Source: Vibrio penaeicida
GTDB lineage: Bacteria; Pseudomonadota; Gammaproteobacteria; Enterobacterales; Vibrionaceae
Reading direction: 5' to 3'
NCBI RefSeq assembly: GCF_002933855.1
Contig: NZ_BFAQ01000025.1
Location: 24,009-56,008, forward strand
Length of the DNA: 32,000 nt
The notes beneath the pieces were generated by a model, which saw nothing but the letters and a program-made list of their open reading frames with translations, was not told the origin of the DNA and did no database searches. Position 1 is the stretch's first letter, and every line of letters begins with the position of its first letter. The translations under genes were made by a program, and so were the position numbers. This document shows, one piece after another, positions 28,149 through 32,000 of the stretch.

Positions 28149-29516
28149 ATGGATAACGTAAACACGGTTAGCTCTTCTAAGAGTAAAAAGAACTTTTGGG
28201 TCTTCTTGATCCCTTCCTTGCTTGGCCTTTTCCTTTTCATGGCACCTGTCAGTTTTCAAGGTGAACTCACCATTCCCGTCGCTATTTTAGCGGGTGCATT
28301 AAAAGACTTACTGGGTGACTTGATTGTCCCTATCATTACCTTTGTGATTGGCTTTATGTCTGTGGCGACTATTTTGAATAAAGTTGCTAAGCCCGCGTTT
28401 GTCGCGAACAACGCATTTTTAACAGGGCTATTTGATCCTTCCCCACTTTGGTTTGCTGTGCGCACCATTGGTGGTATTGCGGTTTTGATGACGTATTTCC
28501 AATTTGGTCCAAAATCCATTTGGGATGAAAACACGGGCGGCCTTGTGCTAGAAGGCTTAATGCCAACACTCTTTGCTGTGTTTATTTTTGCTGGCTTACT
28601 GCTTCCATTACTTCTGAATTTTGGCCTGCTAGAGCTGTTTGGTACATTGCTGAGCAAAATCATGCGTCCACTATTTAACCTTCCGGGTCGTAGCGCGATC
28701 GACTGTATGGCTTCGTGGCTTGGTGATGGCAGTGTGGGTATCCTTCTAACCAGCAAACAGTACGAGAAAAAATTCTACACACAGCGTGAAGCCGCAGTAG
28801 TTGGTACGACGTTCTCAGCCGTTTCTATCACGTTCAGCCTCGTGGTACTGGCTCAGGTTAACCTAGAGCATATGTTCCTACCTTTTTACGGTGCCATTTG
28901 TTTAGCTGGCTTAGTTGCAGCGGTGATCATTCCGCGTCTTCCCCCTTTGAGCTATAAGAAAGATCTGTACATCGATGGTAGCGCACCAGAAGCGTCTGAC
29001 AATGCCATTCCAGAAGGCCACAATAGCTGGTCTTGGGGCCTTAACCTTGCTCTAACAAAAGCAAGCAAAGTGAAGTCAGCGAAAGAAGTATGTGTTGAAG
29101 GGCTAAAAAATGCTGCCGACATGGTATTTGGTGTACTGCCTGTTGTGATGGCGTTAGGTACTGTTGCTCTGGTCATCGCCGAGTACACGCCGGTATTTTC
29201 TATTCTTGGTCAACCATTTGTGCCGTTTTTAGAACTGCTGAACATCCCTGAAGCGGCTAAAGCATCTGAAACTATTGTGGTCGGGTTTGCAGACATGTTT
29301 ATTCCAGCCATTTTGGCGGCTTCTATTGAAAGCGACCTAACTCGCTTCGTTATCGCTGCTATGTCTGTTACTCAGCTTATCTACATGTCTGAAGTGGGCG
29401 CACTACTATTGGGAAGCCGTATCCCGGTTAACATCGCAGAATTGTTCATCATCTTCATTTTGCGCACACTCATTACGCTTCCAGTTATTGCAGGTATTGC
29501 GCATCTGATTTTTTAA
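28149..29516 (+). CDS. YjiH family membrane protein (nucleoside-recognition/Gate domain)
   Basis: Multi-TM; FLIPSLLGLFLFMAPVSFQGELTIPVAILAG and GRSAIDCMASWLGDGSVGILLTSKQYEKKFYTQREAAVVGTTFSAVSI. Confidence 0.85.
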   Translation: MDNVNTVSSSKSKKNFWVFLIPSLLGLFLFMAPVSFQGELTIPVAILAGALKDLLGDLIVPIITFVIGFMSVATILNKVAKPAFVANNAFLTGLFDPSPLWFAVRTIGGIAVLMTYFQFGPKSIWDENTGGLVLEGLMPTLFAVFIFAGLLLPLLLNFGLLELFGTLLSKIMRPLFNLPGRSAIDCMASWLGDGSVGILLTSKQYEKKFYTQREAAVVGTTFSAVSITFSLVVLAQVNLEHMFLPFYGAICLAGLVAAVIIPRLPPLSYKKDLYIDGSAPEASDNAIPEGHNSWSWGLNLALTKASKVKSAKEVCVEGLKNAADMVFGVLPVVMALGTVALVIAEYTPVFSILGQPFVPFLELLNIPEAAKASETIVVGFADMFIPAILAASIESDLTRFVIAAMSVTQLIYMSEVGALLLGSRIPVNIAELFIIFILRTLITLPVIAGIAHLIF

Positions 29517-29597
29517 ATACAGATTTTTTAAGTGAAAGTTTTCTAAGTACTGCTTTTCTATGTACAGGTTTTCTAAGTACAGGCTTTCTATGTACAA
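29508..29597 (+). repeat. Six 15-bp tandem units (two degenerate, four good)
   Basis: ATTTTTTAAATACAG, ATTTTTTAAGTGAAA, GTTTTCTAAGTACTG, CTTTTCTATGTACAG, GTTTTCTAAGTACAG, GCTTTCTATGTACAA; the first unit contains the TAA stop of the YjiH-like gene. Confidence 0.85.
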
Positions 29598-29613
29598 AAA
29601 GTAAAACGCCTCT

Positions 29614-29645
29614 AATACCCCCTGATAGTTCAGGGGGTATTTTTG
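29614..29645 (+). terminator. Rho-independent terminator
   Basis: AATACCCCCTGA (29614..29625)/TCAGGGGGTATT (29630..29641), 12-bp arms, followed by TTT. Confidence 0.88.
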
Positions 29646-30022
29646 TTATATCCAATACTCTCTTACACTTTTCTTGTCTTCAATATGGCTATTGATAAAT
29701 CGAATAAAATCACTATTATTCATCTAGTTACGAAGCAAGGCTAATGATTTCATTGTCAGTAATTTTACCGCACTCTGCTCTATCGCCTTCTCTTGTTTGT
29801 TTTTCAAAAAGCCCAAATTAAAATGCGATCAAACATAAACTGTGACAACGAATTGATATAAACGTATCAATCAATTGAATGTCACTTTATTTTTGCTATT
29901 AGTTATCTCTTAAGTATGTGGGCTTACCATTATTGTCTTATTTATCAATAAGTAACTCATTAAGTCTGGTACTACTTAGAATGTACGGCGTACGCTTCCT
30001 ATTAACAAAATGGAATTAAATA

Positions 30023-32000
30023 ATGGGTTCAAAAGATGGTCGTTTACCATTAAATGGTGACTTGCTTAAGCAATTAAGGAAGCAAAAAGGGCTGAGCCAA
30101 GAAAGGCTAGCCGAGCAATGCACAGAAAACCGATTGTATGTCTCTCTATCTTCAATAAAACGTGCAGAGTCTGGCAGTAGTATTTTGTATCGCACAGCGA
30201 AAGAACTCGCTACGTTTTACTCGGTGGAAGTAGAAGATCTCATCCAAAATTCTGCCCCAATATTACAAAAAGAATTGTCGACCATACCGGAACATACGCA
30301 TCAAGTTTTGCGCCTTTCGATAGAGGTTGATGATGAGTCTTTAAAATCCGAAGTCGAAAAACTGAATGATCGCTCTAATTGCTACTACATAGCAGAAAAA
30401 GGGCTTCTTGAGTTTGGCTGGTATTCACGTTCCAGTGATGAATTCGTATTCGAGCGTATTCGTCGATTATGTGCGATGCTGCAATTTACACTGAAAAGTC
30501 ACGTTCGCATGTTTGTTGAAAGCAGCCCAACCAACGCACAATTCGATGCCCAGAACACACAAGTCAGTCAGCGTGCTAAGCAATTGCTTTCTCAAATCAC
30601 TTGGGGGGATATCGTTGCATGCCCATGCTTTGTATCGTCCAATTGTGCAAGACCAAGAAATGTCTTCTTACCCGAACAACCTGAATTTAAAGATTGGCGT
30701 ATTGTGTCAATGTGCCAAGTACAAACAGACTATTTTGTCGGACGTCAATATGAGCTAACTCAACTAAGCTCCATGCATGCCCGTTTATACGATAACAATA
30801 CAGGCAGTACCGTCTGCTTAACGGGTATGGCAGGGATCGGAAAGACAAGGCTCCTTCACAAATTCATCGAAATACTTGAACATAAAAACTGCTCTCCGGT
30901 ACGAGTTCAAATATTAAATTTTGGTGTAGTGAACTCCCTTATTCCTACGGTTAATTTGATTCGTTCATTATTCGGCTTCACACCAGAAGATGACAGCAAC
31001 CACATAAGACAATCTATTGCTATTTCACCGATTGCTTCATCTCATCACCTTTTCATTTACTGGCTGATGGGTTTAAAACTGTATGAGTCGGAACAGCGTC
31101 TTTTAGACGTGATGGAACATTCCGCTCGTAACAGAGCAATAGCAGAAAGCATTGAACAGCTGCTTTCACACCGCCCAGCTCACCTTGGTCAACTCGTGAT
31201 TACCGTAGAGGATTTACACTGGGCAAATGAATTGCTTCTGTCCATTATTCAGGTTTTATCCTCATTAACGGATAGGTTCCCGGTAATGCTCGTTCTGACA
31301 TTTCGTTCTGAGCATCATTTGGTTAACGCACCGGATTGGTTTCAAACAGCGACAACAATTGCACTCAAGCCGCTTAATATGGATGAATCGATACAGTTGG
31401 CAAATTGGATGGCACCAGGAAACCAAGAGGCCGTGCAACGCTGTGTCGAGAGGGCAAGCGGACACCCACTCTTCTTAAGACAATCCTTACTCTGCTCACG
31501 TTTAGGCAACCATGTCCCCGAATCTTTAGAGCACCTTGTCGTAGTTCAACTATACAAACTCGATGCAAATAACCTTTCTGCGATAAAGGCGGCGTCCGTA
31601 TTCGGGCAATGCTTCAACTTGGAGCAGCTTCAGTTTGTTTTAAATGATGAACATTACTATCCAAGAACCTTGTTAGAACACGGTTTGATTAAGCATTCTG
31701 AACAAGGATTTATGTTCCACCACGATCTCATTTGTTCAGCGGTACAAAGCCAACTTTCCGATAGTGAAAGGCGGCTGCTAAACGAGCACTGTGCTAAGTG
31801 GTTTGAAGAAAGAGACAAAAAGCAGTTTGCGCTCCACTCAAAAAGGGCGCAGTGCAAAGATGCCTTTACGATCCTAATTAAAAGTGCCAAAGAATACATC
31901 AGCAGCTTTCAGTTTGAGCAAGCGTTGGAATTGATTGAAGAAGCCATTGAAATTGTTCCAAAAAGTGAAACAGCATACGCTCTAAACTTAAAAGGCAATT
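30023..32000 (+). CDS. XRE-HTH / STAND-AAA ATPase regulator-like protein, 3' truncated by the window
   Basis: Manually translated from ATG 30023 with no stop to 32000: HTH LLKQLRKQKGLSQERLAEQC..SSIKRAESG, FVGRQYELTQL, Walker A GMAGIGKTRL, Walker B-like LVITVEDLHWAN, VMLVLTFRSE. Absent from the ORF track. Confidence 0.88.
   Translation, partial: MGSKDGRLPLNGDLLKQLRKQKGLSQERLAEQCTENRLYVSLSSIKRAESGSSILYRTAKELATFYSVEVEDLIQNSAPILQKELSTIPEHTHQVLRLSIEVDDESLKSEVEKLNDRSNCYYIAEKGLLEFGWYSRSSDEFVFERIRRLCAMLQFTLKSHVRMFVESSPTNAQFDAQNTQVSQRAKQLLSQITWGDIVACPCFVSSNCARPRNVFLPEQPEFKDWRIVSMCQVQTDYFVGRQYELTQLSSMHARLYDNNTGSTVCLTGMAGIGKTRLLHKFIEILEHKNCSPVRVQILNFGVVNSLIPTVNLIRSLFGFTPEDDSNHIRQSIAISPIASSHHLFIYWLMGLKLYESEQRLLDVMEHSARNRAIAESIEQLLSHRPAHLGQLVITVEDLHWANELLLSIIQVLSSLTDRFPVMLVLTFRSEHHLVNAPDWFQTATTIALKPLNMDESIQLANWMAPGNQEAVQRCVERASGHPLFLRQSLLCSRLGNHVPESLEHLVVVQLYKLDANNLSAIKAASVFGQCFNLEQLQFVLNDEHYYPRTLLEHGLIKHSEQGFMFHHDLICSAVQSQLSDSERRLLNEHCAKWFEERDKKQFALHSKRAQCKDAFTILIKSAKEYISSFQFEQALELIEEAIEIVPKSETAYALNLKGN

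Noticed and set aside
29406-29597. Minus-strand 63-aa ORF with pentapeptide-like repeats (YIESLYLENLYIEKQYLENF)
   Set aside because: Any 15-bp tandem repeat gives a five-residue period when translated. It overlaps the YjiH-like gene antisense, and the DNA repeat explains it.

Overview
The window looks like Vibrionaceae-type gammaproteobacterial chromosome, judged from gene content only. From left to right it carries: the first 13 codons of a DUF523/YbgA-like gene (minus); a minus-strand sugar/polyol catabolic operon (substrate-binding protein, ABC ATPase, permease, SDR dehydrogenase, FGGY kinase) with a LacI-family regulator; deoD; a single-copy transposase-like zinc-ribbon protein; an overlapping pair of TPR proteins, one ending in an intact GGDEF domain and the other in a degenerate GGDEF-like domain; an EamA transporter; a DUF3302/HlyD pair; two tandem paralogous membrane GGDEF proteins; a DJ-1/PfpI protein; an RHH protein; a DUF1007-NicO metal transport pair preceded by a Zur-box-like palindrome; a prolyl-oligopeptidase-like lipoprotein; a PAP2 phosphatase with a C-terminal outer-membrane-barrel-like region; a DCC-family protein; a YjiH-like membrane protein with a 15-bp tandem repeat array running over its stop codon; and a large XRE-HTH/STAND ATPase ORF (30023..>32000) that is missing from the supplied ORF track because it runs off the window. 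No CRISPR array, tRNA, rRNA, complete IS element or obvious phage module was seen. The best leads are the transposase-like protein next to deoD, the active/degenerate GGDEF pair, the PAP2-barrel fusion, the Zur-box/DUF1007-NicO unit and the truncated XRE-STAND protein. None can be called a new system from sequence alone.
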